Assembly: GCF_011745625.1 (NCBI RefSeq)
Contig: NW_027191464.1
Span: 248,001-312,000 of the forward strand
Direction: 5' to 3'
Source: Cladosporium halotolerans
Taxonomy: Eukaryota
Length of the DNA: 64,000 bases
The notes beneath the pieces are model-generated. The model was given only the letters and a program-made list of their open reading frames with translations, was not told where the DNA came from and ran no database searches. The number at the start of each line of letters is the position of its first letter. The first letter of the stretch is position 1. The translations under genes were made by a program, and so were the position numbers. This document shows positions 61,963-64,000 of the stretch, piece after piece.

Positions 61963-63024
61963 TCATCCAAGGTACCCCATCGTCTCGCCCTCCCGAACAG
62001 GCGGCGACATGGGCCCACACTCCATGACCGAAACCTCCGACTCGCGCGCGTCCTGTTTCGTCGCGCGGCCGCCGTCCGCCAGCACAGCCGGGTCGAGCGA
62101 GCTGCCGGAGAGATCGACGCCGCTGTCGGGCTTGCTGACGTCGGACCTCAGGCTGGCGTTCGAGGGCGCGAGGCCGTCCGTGGAGCCGAGGATGCGGACG
62201 AACTTGTCGACGTCCAGCAGGCCGGAGTGCAGCAGGGACGTCAGGGAGGGCCGGCGCTCGAACTGCGCGTGCAGGCGGGCGTGCGAGAGCAGGTGCTCGG
62301 GCTGGAAGACGCGCGTGATGAAGTCGAGGTCGCCGGCGCGGGCTTTGGGGTTCGCGTAGGCTTCGTATTCTGCGACGATGGCTTCGATGGGCCAGCCTTG
62401 GACTTTGCGCATGCAGGCGATGACGCAGCCGGTGCGGTGGCGGCCTTGGTTGCAGTGGATGTAGAGCGGGTAGTTTGCAGCGTCGAGGACGACGAGGAGC
62501 GCGTCGCAGATGGAGGCGACGGTCGTTTTGACTTTGCCTTCTTTGTTGGGGGAGATGTCGATGCGGAGGCGGGCGACGTTTTTGGCGCGCACGAAGGCCG
62601 CGTAGCCGTCGCTGGGCTCCGTGTCGACGAAGCAGAGCAGGGTCTTGACTTCGAGCGCGTCCAGGAAGTCCATGTTACGGTCTTGCGGGAACGCCGAGCG
62701 GAAGACCTTGTGGTCTGTGACTGCGCCGAAGTTGGGCGGGGGGATGAAGGGTTGCAAGCGGATTGGGTAGTCGAGGGATGGCGAGTCGGGCCGCGTGGGC
62801 GGCGAAGGCGGTCTTGACTTGATGTTTCCGAGGTCCTTGAAACCGTCCGGTGTCGATTCTTCTGTCATCGGCGCAAGCAGCCCGTCTTCTGCGGACCCTG
62901 CAATCCCCGTCGTCGCGCCGTCCTCCGCGTCGGTCATGATCACATCGTCTTGCGATGGTGTATCAACGGCGATCTCGATATGTGAAGCATTCTGCATGCT
63001 CTTGAACTCTGCCGACGAAGCCAT
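61963..63024 (-). CDS. Siw14/Oca-like (PFA-DSP) tyrosine/inositol-pyrophosphate phosphatase, 353 aa
   Basis: PPPNFGAV, VFRSAFP, NYPLYIHCNQGRHRTGCVIACMRKVQGW, EYEAYANPKARAGD. Confidence 0.88.
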   Translation of the reverse strand: MASSAEFKSMQNASHIEIAVDTPSQDDVIMTDAEDGATTGIAGSAEDGLLAPMTEESTPDGFKDLGNIKSRPPSPPTRPDSPSLDYPIRLQPFIPPPNFGAVTDHKVFRSAFPQDRNMDFLDALEVKTLLCFVDTEPSDGYAAFVRAKNVARLRIDISPNKEGKVKTTVASICDALLVVLDAANYPLYIHCNQGRHRTGCVIACMRKVQGWPIEAIVAEYEAYANPKARAGDLDFITRVFQPEHLLSHARLHAQFERRPSLTSLLHSGLLDVDKFVRILGSTDGLAPSNASLRSDVSKPDSGVDLSGSSLDPAVLADGGRATKQDARESEVSVMECGPMSPPVREGETMGYLG

Positions 63025-63406
63025 ATCCGCCGCCTTTCCAGTCCCTTACTTTCGGGACGTTCAACAAAAAGTAGGGGAAAAGTCGCTGTCGCGTGATATC
63101 GCTCCGTTCCAGGAAATCGCAAGCCTCGGCGCTCGCGAGTCGTCGTCGTCGTCCTCCGCCCGTCGTTCGGTTTAAGAAAACCCCCCGGCGCAAGAACCAC
63201 CGGTGAGTGCCCTCCTTACGTGGCCAGCAATTCCCACGTCGAGATCCACTCGAAGATTCGCGGTCCCAATCAGCGTCGCTACGCGAAGTCGCTGCGCACG
63301 TGAGCAGCTTCCTCACAGGCGGGGGAAAGTCGCGAGAAAGCCGTGCTCGCTCCGCGGTCGATCAGCCCTGCATTGCGACGCGGTGGGGTCCTTGTTGATG
63401 TGTTGG

Positions 63407-63414
63407 TATATATA
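63407..63414. promoter_or_regulatory. TATA-like element upstream of the SIW14-like gene
   Basis: TATATATAA in an otherwise GC-rich region, about 385 nt upstream of the ATG. Confidence 0.4.
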
Positions 63415-64000
63415 AGAGCTTGCTAGCGGGATCGGTGCTCGTCTTCTTTTTTTTCGCGAGCGAAACAGTTGGATTCCGGGTGCGAGAGGCGGGAATCAAA
63501 CGGCGGGCAGGCGCGCACAAGACGGCTCTTGCGGATTGAGGAGGGTGATCAAGTCCATCGTGTGAAGGTGGTGGGAGGCGAGCGAGGGTGATGGGTCGGT
63601 CGCGGGGATGTGGCAGAGCGTGTTGGTGATGGAGGGGGAGAGAGAGCGAGAGACGGCGACGGTATTTAGTGGGCGGCGGGCGGGTGGGCGATGGTGGTTT
63701 GAGTAAAGTGAATTCGGCGTGGGCGGGAGGGCGCGTTCGCAAGCTAAAAGCCCACCGAAAGGCTGAAGCCGACGCAGGCAGTGGTGAAGCAGGCAGAGGT
63801 CAGGCAAGCAGGCAAGGCTGGGCACGCGCGTGGGCAAACTGCCGACGCCACCGTCGGTCGCTGGGCCGGCGAAGTGTAGTGCAGCACTCACTGGCGGGCG
63901 GGCGGTTACGGTGGGATTACTGTGCGCAAGGCGACAGTGTGTAATGCTGCGGCGCTTGTCGCGATTGCGTTGCGTCAGTCGGTCACTGAATAATCACCCT

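Overview
Eukaryotic, intron-containing DNA from a filamentous ascomycete. Short GT-AG introns with CTRAC branch sites, high GC3 and the gene content suggest a Dothideomycete, but the taxon is an inference. The window holds about 24 protein-coding genes, mostly housekeeping or regulatory: a C2H2 TF, YVH1, an MFS transporter, a Zn2Cys6 TF, glutathione reductase, PalA/RIM20, ATX1, SCP-x thiolase, UPS2, MES1, a Tri3-like acyltransferase, a GH3 beta-glucosidase, a CorA-like protein, Ap4A phosphorylase, an Anp1-family GT62, ECM33, FMT1, Ima1 and a SIW14-like phosphatase. There is also one tRNA-Arg(ACG) and a frameshifted APH-kinase pseudogene. I recognised no transposon, CRISPR array or rRNA. Exon structures were reconstructed by hand. 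Main leads: (1) recurrent 0.6-1.5 kb islands where the + strand flips from C/A-rich to G/T-rich inside coding sequence regardless of gene orientation; (2) an unusually long, structured intron splitting the catalytic Cys codon of YVH1; (3) a mitochondrial-presequence-like in-frame extension of glutathione reductase with no AUG; (4) a divergent bHLH-like protein flanked by Cys/His motifs; (5) a candidate spliced 50-aa microprotein missed by the ORF track; (6) a probable GC-AG intron. All compositional statements are by eye, not computed.
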